From contig JAWCCZ010000003.1 of NCBI GenBank assembly GCA_038861545.1, forward strand, positions 1 through 64,000: 64,000 nt of DNA, read 5' to 3'. The notes below the pieces were generated by a model. That model had not been told where the DNA came from. It did not search any database and saw nothing but the letters and a program-made list of their open reading frames with translations. This document shows positions 1 through 8,324 of this stretch, piece after piece. The position numbers and the translations under genes were made by a program. How positions within the stretch are numbered: the stretch's first letter is position 1; every line of letters starts with the position of its first letter. The DNA is from Thermofilaceae archaeon (lineage in GTDB: Archaea > Thermoproteota > Thermoprotei > Thermofilales > Thermofilaceae).

Positions 1-979
1 TATCGCTCTTCTTCACCCTACGAACAGCTAAAATCCCAGCCTTCGCCAAGTAATACTGCGCCAAATCATCAATACCCTTCTGACAAAACACCACACTAGC
101 ACCAGAAGCCTTAATCTTCTCAACCATGTCTTTTAAAAGCCTGGCCTCTTCCTCTAGGAACATTTGCATTTGCTCTGGGCTATTTATCCTAATTTCTGCA
201 TCGATCTCTGTCTTCTCAACCTCGAGGGGGGCATCGATTAACGCGATCTTCGCTTTCTCAACCCTTTTCGGCATATCTGGATGAACGACTTCTTTATCAA
301 CAATTATTCCATACACGAGTTGGGTGTCGAGGAAGGAACCACCTTTTTTCTTAACCAGCTGAACGAAGTCTAAATCGGCGGTGATTTTCTCATCGCGTTT
401 TTCAGCAATTTGTTTAACGGCTTTCACAGCAATATCAGCAAGGTGATCTCTAAACGCGGCAACTGCTTTACCCCTCATCGAAGTAACTGCCACCTTCTCT
501 AAGGTCTTTATATCATTCAGATCAACTTTAACAGCTATTTTTCGGAGAATTTCCTCAGCTTTTTCGAGAGCTTTCTTGTAACCAGCAACTATAACTGTTG
601 GGTGTATGTTCTTCTCAAGAAGTTTTTCAGCCTCTTTAATCATCTCTCCTACAAGGACAACAGTCGTAGTTGTTCCATCTCCCACTTCATCATCTTGTGC
701 CTTTGAAATTTCAACTAATAATTTAGCCACTGGATGTTGTACATCCATTTCGTCAAGAACCGTTGAACCATCATTAGTTATCGTTATATCGCCGAGGCTA
801 TCAATCAACATTTTATCCATTCCTCGCGGTCCTAAAGTTGTTTTAACAGTCTCTGCAATTGCCTTAGCAACCATGAAGTTTACACTCATGGCCTCTTTTC
901 CAGTTTTTCTACTGGTACCCTCCTTCAGTACTAAAACCGGTACGCCACCTACTTGAGCAAGTTGGGCCGACATACTCAT
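1..979 (-). CDS. ths: Thermosome (group II chaperonin) subunit, 5' part; runs off the window start
   Basis: Manual translation of the minus strand from the ATG at 979 (alternative 973): [24 protein letters not shown]..., [16 protein letters not shown] motifs. Not in the ORF track because it is truncated. Confidence 0.95.
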   Translation of the reverse strand, partial: MSMSAQLAQVGGVPVLVLKEGTSRKTGKEAMSVNFMVAKAIAETVKTTLGPRGMDKMLIDSLGDITITNDGSTVLDEMDVQHPVAKLLVEISKAQDDEVGDGTTTTVVLVGEMIKEAEKLLEKNIHPTVIVAGYKKALEKAEEILRKIAVKVDLNDIKTLEKVAVTSMRGKAVAAFRDHLADIAVKAVKQIAEKRDEKITADLDFVQLVKKKGGSFLDTQLVYGIIVDKEVVHPDMPKRVEKAKIALIDAPLEVEKTEIDAEIRINSPEQMQMFLEEEARLLKDMVEKIKASGASVVFCQKGIDDLAQYYLAKAGILAVRRVKKSD

Positions 980-1003
980 GTCAAAGCTGGTGTATTTTCA
1001 CTT

Positions 1004-1276
1004 CTATTTATACTTTTCCATAATTGATTCAGCAGCAGTCCACTTGCTAATTGTCACCTTTAAGGCCAAATCGATGTCTGCACTTTTTATTGTAATACGT
1101 TTAGCATGCTTAGACATTTCAACTGCGGTTTTTGCAATATCTCTAGCAAAGCTCTCTACAATTTTTCTAAGCTCTTCCACAGCTTCGTCGCTTACTCTCT
1201 GTCCACCAGCTTGACGCAAGATCCTCTCAAAAGGCGCTAAAGGCATTTCACTCCTTTTTACTTCTTCTCTCTTCAT
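1004..1276 (-). CDS. Archaeal histone (HMf-type fold) with short N- and C-terminal extensions
   Basis: MPLAPFERILRQAG..RVSDEA..L......HAKRITIKSADIDLA is the HMf signature. The start may be 1294 or 1276. Confidence 0.92.
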   Translation of the reverse strand: MKREEVKRSEMPLAPFERILRQAGGQRVSDEAVEELRKIVESFARDIAKTAVEMSKHAKRITIKSADIDLALKVTISKWTAAESIMEKYK

Positions 1277-1334
1277 CAAAGTGAGATCGCGCATTCATAG
1301 AAAAAGTTTAATGTTTTATAGAATTTGGAGGGGT

Positions 1335-1547
1335 ATGGGTAAGGTACGTCCAGCATACATAAAAAATACAGGAAGAATATTAGTGGAAAAATACCCAGAC
1401 AAGTTTACTATAGACTTTGAACATAACAAGAAAGCAGTATCTGAAATACTAAAGACGAGTAAAAAAGTCAGAAATAGGGTAGCTGGGTATATAACTCGTC
1501 TAATGAAAATAAAGTTTGAAGCCCAGAGCGTTGAGCAGCCCCAATAA
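1335..1547 (+). CDS. rps17e: 30S ribosomal protein S17e
   Basis: MGKVRP..IK, DFEHNKK, SKKVRNRVAGYITR; GGAGGGG SD-like site before ATG 1335. Confidence 0.95.
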   Translation: MGKVRPAYIKNTGRILVEKYPDKFTIDFEHNKKAVSEILKTSKKVRNRVAGYITRLMKIKFEAQSVEQPQ

Positions 1548-1604
1548 CCAGCATGAAGGCGGCATGGAAACTTTTATCAATAACAGTTCACTGAGTGGTT
1601 GCGA

Positions 1605-1697
1605 GCCCCGGTCGTATAGCCCGGCCAAGTATGCCGGCCTTTCGAGCCGGAGAGGGGTGGTCCACGGAAAACCCGGGTTCGAATCCCGGCCGGGGCA
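1605..1697 (+). tRNA. tRNA-Glu(TTC) with an 18-nt intron in the variable loop (about 45/46; 1653-1670)
   Basis: Cloverleaf GCCCCGG/CCGGGGC, anticodon arm CCGGC-CT TTC GA-GCCGG, T arm CCGGG TTCGAAT CCCGG; extra AGGGGTGGTCCACGGAAA in the variable region. Confidence 0.92.
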
Positions 1698-1780
1698 TTA
1701 ATTCAAGCCAGTGAAATATTTCTCAAATTGCTAAGGTCTCTGGTAGATTATATAGATACGAGAGGAATTCCATAGTTAAA

Positions 1781-1899
1781 TGGTGCGGGGGCCGGGATTC
1801 GAACCCGGGCAGGCCTCCGCCAGCGGATTTCTCACACACTTGAGTTTGGACTCGACTAACGTCGAACCGCCCCCTTTAACCTGGCTCGGGCACCCCCGC
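1781..1899 (-). tRNA. tRNA-Leu(CAA) with two introns (21 nt at 30/31, 1846-1866; 10 nt at 37/38, 1829-1838); CCA encoded
   Basis: Removing both inserts gives an 88-nt type II tRNA with GCGGA-CT CAA GA-TCCGC; the inserts form BHB and BHL motifs. Confidence 0.92.
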
Positions 1900-1939
1900 G
1901 GTGTTGAATGTCAGAATGTGCGGTTTAAATCTTATTCTT

Positions 1940-2527
1940 TTATCGTCCAGCTTCCCACGGCTCTTTCCATAGCTTTATTTTTTGTTTCTTAAGCTCATAG
2001 CTTGCACTTCTCAAAAAATTATAGACAGTTGTATGAGTGCGCCCCTCGATTAGCATGTTAATGGCCTTTCTAGCCACCTCAACATTGTTATATTCACCTA
2101 GTATACCAACACTTTTCTCTCCAATTAAGATTTTAGCACCAGTTTGATTTTCAATAGTCTTTTTAACTTTACCATTCTCACCTATCAATCTAGATTTTAT
2201 CCTTTTTAAATCATTAGGATTCCTAGCTATATCGCTCAGATCCATGCTTTCAAAGGTATAGTTATCATCGCTCAAGAGTAGAGCATCTTCTGGATTGAAC
2301 CCTAGAGAGATCGCCTCAATCGCCTGTTTGGCACGTATTACATCAATAGGCGTTCCATTTTCCGTGGTTGATATGTAAATAGTTGAGGATTTAGAGTCTA
2401 TAGTAATTCTAACGTTAAACACATCCTCCATTACCTTCTTTGTTTTACCATCTTTACCAATTAAGATTCCCAATCGATCCTCCCTAACAGGTACAGGCAT
2501 ACCAAATGTTTTTTCCATTACAATCAT
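1940..2527 (-). CDS. Dim2/Pno1 KH-domain ribosome biogenesis protein
   Basis: Two GxxG KH motifs (LIGKDGKTK, RLIGENGKVK) and LIEGRTHTTVY. Confidence 0.9.
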   Translation of the reverse strand: MIVMEKTFGMPVPVREDRLGILIGKDGKTKKVMEDVFNVRITIDSKSSTIYISTTENGTPIDVIRAKQAIEAISLGFNPEDALLLSDDNYTFESMDLSDIARNPNDLKRIKSRLIGENGKVKKTIENQTGAKILIGEKSVGILGEYNNVEVARKAINMLIEGRTHTTVYNFLRSASYELKKQKIKLWKEPWEAGR

Positions 2528-2625
2528 TTGTAACTTGCTAATATATAAGCCGTAAGCCGATCCCCGGAGCTCTTAAAGCACTTAGAGCAAAAGCCTTTAA
2601 ATCACTCTGATAACATCCATGCTGA

Positions 2626-2730
2626 GCCCGGGTGGTGTAGCCTGGTCCCAACACGCCGGCCTGTGGAGCATCCTAGGGAGGCATATGCATAGATAGCCGG
2701 TGAACCCGGGTTCAAATCCCGGCCCGGGCC
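2626..2730 (+). tRNA. tRNA-His(GTG) with a 28-nt canonical 37/38 intron (2667-2694)
   Basis: CCGGC CT GTG G^...^A GCCGG; BHB with CTGT/ATAG helix; C73 discriminator; TATA-like TTTAAA about 25 nt upstream. Confidence 0.93.
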
Positions 2731-2829
2731 CTAATTCTTAATTATCACTTTAGTTCGAATAGATTAATTTATTTTCAGCATCCATATTAGGGAATAGCAA
2801 ACAGTATTGAAGGAAGCGATGGCTTTATC

Positions 2830-5340
2830 ATGATGAACGGTATTCTAACATGGTTGAGCTACGTGAAACGACTATACTTGCTAGAGGTAATCTATGATGG
2901 TAATCTCGGGAAAGCCGTTATGAAGTTCTATGATGAAACAGAACATAAACTAATCGAGTTACCCGACTTTACAGGGCATAAACCCTATTTATTAACAGAT
3001 TTGCCACCTGAGGAAATCCTCCGAAAATATCCTCAAGTTATAAAACATAAAGGATTCGACCACATAGAAGTAGTTGAAAAGTATAACGCCGTGAGTGATC
3101 AAAAAGTTAAAATGTCAAAGGTTGTTGCGAAAGACCCTCTCTCTATTGGCGGGACAAGAAAGGCTATTAGAGAGATCCTATACGGACATGCTTGGGAAGC
3201 TAAAATAAAGTATCATCATTGCTATATTTACGATACTAGTCTAATACCTGGCATGCCCTTCTTACTAGATAATGGTAAATTACAACTCGCACCCGTTGAA
3301 GTACCTGAGAGCGTGATCGAAGATTTGAAAAAAATATATGGCAATGATGAATCACTATTATCTAGTGCTATTGAATGGGCAAAATTGTTTCATGCCGAAG
3401 TACCATCATTAAAAAGGTTGGCGATAGATATAGAGGTATACTCCCCTGAACCAAATAGAGTGCCTAAGGCTAGCGAAGCACCTTACCCCATTATAGCGAT
3501 GTCTTTTAGAGGCTCGGATGGTCTAATAAAGATTCTTTTGCTAAAACGGCCAGATTTAGGTGAACCTCCTGTCAACCTAGAGGGAGTTGAATTTTTTTCC
3601 AGTGAAATTGAACTGTTGAAGAGAGCATTTGAAATATTAATTGAATACCCTATAATTCTAAGTTTTAATGGCGATTCGTTTGATTTTCCCTACCTGAGAA
3701 ACCGTGCACTAAAGCTAGGGATGCGTGAGGAGGATATCCCAGTGGATTGGAGACCGGGTGCAGAGTATGCAAAGTTAAAAAGAAGCGTTCATGTAGATTT
3801 GTATAGATTCTTTACTAATCGTTCCATGAAAGTTTATGCTTTTGGAGGAAAGTATAGGGAAGGGCGTTCCCTAGAGGAAGTGTCTAAAACACTTCTAGGT
3901 GAAGGGAAAGTTAAGGTCGGCAAGCCAATTGCGGAGCTCAGCTATAGAGAACTAGTAAATTATAGCCTCCAAGATGCAGAACTCACCTATAAACTTACTT
4001 CGTTTGACAATGATCTGGTTATGAAACTAATCATACTCATGATGAGAATTTCAAAGCTTGGTATAGAAGATTTAACTCGCCATAATATTTCAAGCTGGAT
4101 CCGTAGCTTACTCTACTATGAACATCGACGCAGAAGATATCTTATACCCAATGAGGAAGAGCTCAGAAGGATCAAGGGGCAAGCTGATACTAGAGCAATA
4201 ATCAAGGGTAAAAAGTATATGGGTGCAGTAGTTATGGATCCATTACCCGGCGTGTTTTTTAATGTTGTAGTCGTGGACTTTGCCTCGTTATATCCTTCGG
4301 TGATAAAGCAATGGAATCTATCATACGAAACAGTAAGGTGCCCGCATGAGGAATGTCGCTCTAACAATGTTCCCGGGTTAACTCACTGGGTGTGTAAACA
4401 ACGCAGAGGATTAATGTCTGAAGTTACAGGTTTACTGAGGGATTTTAGAGTTCATATATATAAAAAGCTAGCAAAAAACGAAAGAGATCCAGCAAAGCGA
4501 AGCCAGTATAACGTCGTCCAGAGTGCGCTTAAAGTATTTATAAATGCCAGCTATGGCGTTTTCGGAGCTGAAACTTTTCCACTTTACTGTCCACCAGTAG
4601 CCGAGGCAACAACAGCCTTGGGACGTTTCATGATGGTGCGGACGATTAAAAAAGCATTGGAGCTTGGACTTCCAGTTTTGTATGGGGACACTGATTCTCT
4701 CTTTATTTGGAACCCATTAAAGGAGAAAATTGATGGATTAACTAGTTGGGCCTCTAAAGAGCTTCAAGTGGATTTAGATATTGATAAGCGATACAAGTGG
4801 GTAGCTTTTAGTAGCAGGAAGAAGAACTATGTTGGAATTTATGAAGAAGGTGGCATTGACGCCAAGGGCATTATTGGAAAGAAACGGAATACGCCCGAAT
4901 TCATTCAAAGGTTTGTAATGGAGACAATAGACCTGCTTGGAAAAGCTGATGATATATTACTTCTTGAGAGGACAATCGATGAGTTAAAGAAGACCACACT
5001 CAGCTATTATGAAGCATTGAAGGAAAAAACAATACCGCTTGACGAGTTAGTGTTTAGAGTCGCATTGACGAAACCGCTTGCTAGTTATGTAAAAAATACA
5101 CCCCAACACGTTAAAGCCGCTAGACAACTTCAGCGATTTGGACTAAGGGTAGAGGTAGGTGATATCATAAGTTTTGTTAAAGTGAGAGGAGGAGATGGTG
5201 TTAAAGTCGTACAGTTAGCAAGGATAGATGAAGTGGACCCGGAAAAGTATATTGAACATCTTAGAGCTGCTCTTGAACAAATTTTAGAGTCGCTAGGTAC
5301 ATCATTCAATGAAATAGTTACAGGCAGTCAACTTATGTGA
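2830..5340 (+). CDS. polB1: Family B DNA polymerase, crenarchaeal PolB1
   Basis: Exo I DIEV, FNGDSFDFPYL, DFASLYPS, KVFINASYG, YGDTDS; DFTGHKPY and WEAKIKYHHCYIYD are typical of PolB1. The true start may be GTG 2863. Confidence 0.95.
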   Translation: MMNGILTWLSYVKRLYLLEVIYDGNLGKAVMKFYDETEHKLIELPDFTGHKPYLLTDLPPEEILRKYPQVIKHKGFDHIEVVEKYNAVSDQKVKMSKVVAKDPLSIGGTRKAIREILYGHAWEAKIKYHHCYIYDTSLIPGMPFLLDNGKLQLAPVEVPESVIEDLKKIYGNDESLLSSAIEWAKLFHAEVPSLKRLAIDIEVYSPEPNRVPKASEAPYPIIAMSFRGSDGLIKILLLKRPDLGEPPVNLEGVEFFSSEIELLKRAFEILIEYPIILSFNGDSFDFPYLRNRALKLGMREEDIPVDWRPGAEYAKLKRSVHVDLYRFFTNRSMKVYAFGGKYREGRSLEEVSKTLLGEGKVKVGKPIAELSYRELVNYSLQDAELTYKLTSFDNDLVMKLIILMMRISKLGIEDLTRHNISSWIRSLLYYEHRRRRYLIPNEEELRRIKGQADTRAIIKGKKYMGAVVMDPLPGVFFNVVVVDFASLYPSVIKQWNLSYETVRCPHEECRSNNVPGLTHWVCKQRRGLMSEVTGLLRDFRVHIYKKLAKNERDPAKRSQYNVVQSALKVFINASYGVFGAETFPLYCPPVAEATTALGRFMMVRTIKKALELGLPVLYGDTDSLFIWNPLKEKIDGLTSWASKELQVDLDIDKRYKWVAFSSRKKNYVGIYEEGGIDAKGIIGKKRNTPEFIQRFVMETIDLLGKADDILLLERTIDELKKTTLSYYEALKEKTIPLDELVFRVALTKPLASYVKNTPQHVKAARQLQRFGLRVEVGDIISFVKVRGGDGVKVVQLARIDEVDPEKYIEHLRAALEQILESLGTSFNEIVTGSQLM

Positions 5341-5351
5341 TGCCTCTTAGG

Positions 5352-5657
5352 CTAATCAGACAGGGCCTTGGCTATTCTTTGTCTAGCTGCTTCAAAGTCT
5401 GGCATCCCTCTACTATCTATCGGCACCTTAGTGAGTACATGTATAACTTTTCCCTCTTTTTCGACAAATATCTGTGGCACGTCGGCGCCTCCCAATTCAT
5501 CTACTTCTCCATAACGTGTTAGGTAAACCCAGTCCTCCTTACGTGATTCAAACTTAATACCAATTTTTGAAGCCTCTTCCTCACATATTTTAGCTAGTTT
5601 ATCGGAGAAAGGCGCCCAATCGGTTGTTACCATAATCAATTTCTTGGTCATGGTCAA
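5352..5657 (-). CDS. Small thioredoxin/glutaredoxin-like-fold protein without CxxC (conserved hypothetical)
   Basis: beta-alpha pattern with W-x-P at the usual active-site position and a cis-Pro-like DVPQIFV. Confidence 0.5.
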   Translation of the reverse strand: MTMTKKLIMVTTDWAPFSDKLAKICEEEASKIGIKFESRKEDWVYLTRYGEVDELGGADVPQIFVEKEGKVIHVLTKVPIDSRGMPDFEAARQRIAKALSD

Positions 5658-5688
5658 GGGATGCTATATCAAGCTAATATCTTTTCGC

Positions 5689-6054
5689 TTACCGTTTCTC
5701 CTTCAGAAGTTCACTTATACTCTTAGTTTCCCCTTTCTTCTTGTACACTAAACGTGTTTCCAACTTTATCGGGTATCCTAATTCTTGGAATATTCCATAT
5801 ACAGTTTCTGCATCAAAAGTTCCCGTTAACCTACCCAACACAAATAATCTGCCAATTTCTTCAGCAATTTTAGGCGCTACAGAAGGGTATTGAGCCAATG
5901 CTTTTTCATACATCTCTTTACCGTCTTCGCTTAGGTGGCTTAGGAATACTTGTTGGAAGTCATCCTGCTTGGTTTCACGTTTAGCTTCTAAGCTAAGTAA
6001 TTTACGCTGCATCTTTATCATAATTTTCTTCTTTAATAGCTCCTCTTCACTCAT
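5689..6054 (-). CDS. PDCD5/TFAR19-like DNA-binding protein paralog
   Basis: MSEEELLKKK.., LSEDGKE....A...YP..A..I...I..L...GRL pattern parallels the canonical PDCD5 at 46078. Confidence 0.6.
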   Translation of the reverse strand: MSEEELLKKKIMIKMQRKLLSLEAKRETKQDDFQQVFLSHLSEDGKEMYEKALAQYPSVAPKIAEEIGRLFVLGRLTGTFDAETVYGIFQELGYPIKLETRLVYKKKGETKSISELLKEKR

Positions 6055-6131
6055 AACACTCCACCGATATTATAGGGTCAGGAAATAAACATTACGTGAT
6101 ACGAAATAAAAAACAAAAAATTTTATTTACT

Positions 6132-6314
6132 TTATTTCTTCTTTGAGACGAACTTTTCTACTTCCTCTTTGCTTAGGAACCTGAAGACTTTAATGCCTGT
6201 CTCAGCACTAGTACCGGTTACAGCCCAGCGCCCGTTCTTCAGCTGCAAGAACTGTGGGTTATTAATTTTCACTTTTTTCCTTGCTTTTACATCAAATGCC
6301 TGCCACTCTACCAT
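6132..6314 (-). CDS. Small basic chromatin-protein candidate, CC1/DUF5679-like
   Basis: 60 aa, lysine-rich; FDVKARK...KNGRWAVTGTS.ETGIKVFRFL resembles Thermoproteus/Pyrobaculum CC1 (FYDIKAK...SPYTGIKVYRLL, from memory); TATA-like element just upstream. Confidence 0.7.
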   Translation of the reverse strand: MVEWQAFDVKARKKVKINNPQFLQLKNGRWAVTGTSAETGIKVFRFLSKEEVEKFVSKKK

Positions 6315-6532
6315 GTTTTTCCCTGGTACTTTATATAAAACAGGCGGTATATAAGGGCTTTGCATTACTGAAAGCTATACTCTATCTACATGCCGGACAT
6401 ATACTAATTATAATAATACAATTCGAGAATGATATAAATGCATAATTACGCATCTGCTCAGATAAAAAATAAAATATATTTTTATAAAATTTACGCCTCA
6501 TACCGATTTTTAGAATAAAAATACAAACAACC

Positions 6533-7546
6533 TTACAACACGTTTAAGAGCGTTCTGGGGTAGTCGGGCAGTTCCTCAAGAATTGTATACTCAGCTCCCA
6601 ATGCTTCAGCCAGAACTAATGGGCTTTCTAGCCCCAGGCGACCTCTGAACATCATCTGATAGGGGAAGTTTCTACAGGTTTCAGGTACGAGAGCCTTTAG
6701 TAGCGTACCTTCATCACTGGGAAGTTCGTGCGGTTTTGCGCACATAACACCTCGGCGGTAGAACCTAAGCCTAGTCTGATAATTATCCTTGCTACTAGCT
6801 GGGCAAAAATGAATATTCAAAGACGATCCAAGGGTCTCAACTAAGTTTAGAACTTCGAGTGCCGTTTCGTAACTCATAGTAGCAGTTCTTCCATCGTGAG
6901 ATAATTCATATCCCTTTTCCCTAAGTTTCAAACTATTACTTTCTGAAAATTCTAATTCATTTAGGTTAATAAATGAAATAAAATTATAATTACTAATAAC
7001 ATTAATGAATTTCAGAATTGTATTAGTTTCCCCCGGTATAACTGGAATTTCAAAGCCTATGTCAAAGGAGAGGGGTGCAACACGTAGAATTTCAAGAGTA
7101 TGGTTCAAATTCATTAAATCTGTATGAAGCCTTAATTCGTCAAGTTCGAGTTTTTCAAGTTTTAAGAGTAGTTGGGTTGAAAGTAGTTTACCACTCGTGT
7201 AAATATGGACGTGGAAACTGTTACCAAATACCTCTTTAAGCTTAGTTAGTACTTCCTCCGTTCTCTTAGGCTTTGCCAGAGGGTCACCACCGGTTATTCC
7301 TGCCCCCCTAGATCCACTGGTTATAACTTCAGCTATGACTTCATTCAATTCCTTTACTTCTCGTTCGTTGGTAAGAAAAATATCTTTACCTCTTTTCTCT
7401 AAACTAATAGGGCAATAGAAACAATCTGCTGAACATATTCCAGTTATAAAAATAACACTTTTTAAGCCTCTTAAACATAGTTTACAACCAGTTGGTAAAT
7501 TTCCATAAACAATATTCCCAGAATATAAAGTTTTTAACATTTTCAT
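6533..7546 (-). CDS. Radical SAM protein (COG2108-like, archaeal)
   Basis: LPTGCKLC..G.KSVIFITGICSADCFYCP (CxxxCxxC), GITGGDP, NLNELEFSESN. Confidence 0.85.
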   Translation of the reverse strand: MKMLKTLYSGNIVYGNLPTGCKLCLRGLKSVIFITGICSADCFYCPISLEKRGKDIFLTNEREVKELNEVIAEVITSGSRGAGITGGDPLAKPKRTEEVLTKLKEVFGNSFHVHIYTSGKLLSTQLLLKLEKLELDELRLHTDLMNLNHTLEILRVAPLSFDIGFEIPVIPGETNTILKFINVISNYNFISFINLNELEFSESNSLKLREKGYELSHDGRTATMSYETALEVLNLVETLGSSLNIHFCPASSKDNYQTRLRFYRRGVMCAKPHELPSDEGTLLKALVPETCRNFPYQMMFRGRLGLESPLVLAEALGAEYTILEELPDYPRTLLNVL

Positions 7547-8016
7547 AGAGATTTCACCATCATGTAAGCATCCTCACCGTCTGAGTAGTATTTTTCAACT
7601 ATGCCAGTAATTTCGAAGCCCAACTTTCTATACAAATTAATAGCAGGAAAATTACTTACTCTCACCTCGAGTTTAACTATTCTTACACCTCTCGCGTTAA
7701 ATCTGTTGATGACCTCGTTTAGCAGGGCCGTAGCTACACCTTTCCTCCGGTAATTTGGATGAACACCTATCGATACAACGTGTCCTTCACCACGAGCTTC
7801 CAATGTTCCAATCACGTAACCGACCACAGCTCCCTCATACTCAGCTACTAGAAACGTGTTTAACGATATTACCTGATAAATTTGAAGAAGAGCCAGACCA
7901 TATGCATCTTGTCCAAAGCATTTAAGCTCTATGCTATGTATTGTGTCTAAATCATCTACCTTTGCCTCTCTAATGATTAATCTCTCAATTGTTCTAGAAG
8001 GGCTATTACCTGCCAT
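7543..8016 (-). CDS. GNAT N-terminal acetyltransferase (Ard1/RimI-like)
   Basis: GHVVSIGVHPNYRRKGVA, LEVRVSN..AINLY, YYSDGEDA. Confidence 0.9.
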   Translation of the reverse strand: MAGNSPSRTIERLIIREAKVDDLDTIHSIELKCFGQDAYGLALLQIYQVISLNTFLVAEYEGAVVGYVIGTLEARGEGHVVSIGVHPNYRRKGVATALLNEVINRFNARGVRIVKLEVRVSNFPAINLYRKLGFEITGIVEKYYSDGEDAYMMVKSL

Positions 8017-8237
8017 ATTAGCGTTCTTGCATAGAGTGGCGCATTAGGATCTATTGATACCTCATCTAATTTAGATATAACGTTAGCAGCGCGAAGACCT
8101 AGTGAAAGTTTTTCATCGTTTAACATACTGATAGACTCAGTAGCTAAACGTCTAATATTCCTAGGCACTCCCTTGTCATCAGCAAGTTTTCTTAATAGGT
8201 CAACGGCTTGTTTTAATTGTACCGGTTGCTGGTTCAT
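7977..8237 (-). CDS. UPF0147 family protein
   Basis: DKGVPRNIRR, LDEVSIDPNAPLYART. Confidence 0.9.
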   Translation of the reverse strand: MNQQPVQLKQAVDLLRKLADDKGVPRNIRRLATESISMLNDEKLSLGLRAANVISKLDEVSIDPNAPLYARTLIWQVIALLEQLRD

Positions 8238-8324
8238 GCCACCCCCCCACCAGGGTCTATGGAAGACTATAAAAGCAGTACTTTCAGGTTGAATTAGTTA
8301 AGCTTCAGGGTTTAGGGGGTAGGA

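Noticed and set aside
606-1214. Plus-strand ORFs 606-956 and 978-1214, and the many similar antisense ORFs in the track (e.g. 16845-17327, 25349-25762, 44425-44823, 59966-60556)
   Set aside because: They are shadow frames opposite well-supported genes.
1516-1992. ORFs 1516-1701 and 1780-1992 (+)
   Set aside because: They overlap the tRNA-Glu and tRNA-Leu genes; the GPGFEPG-type peptides are tRNA translation artefacts.
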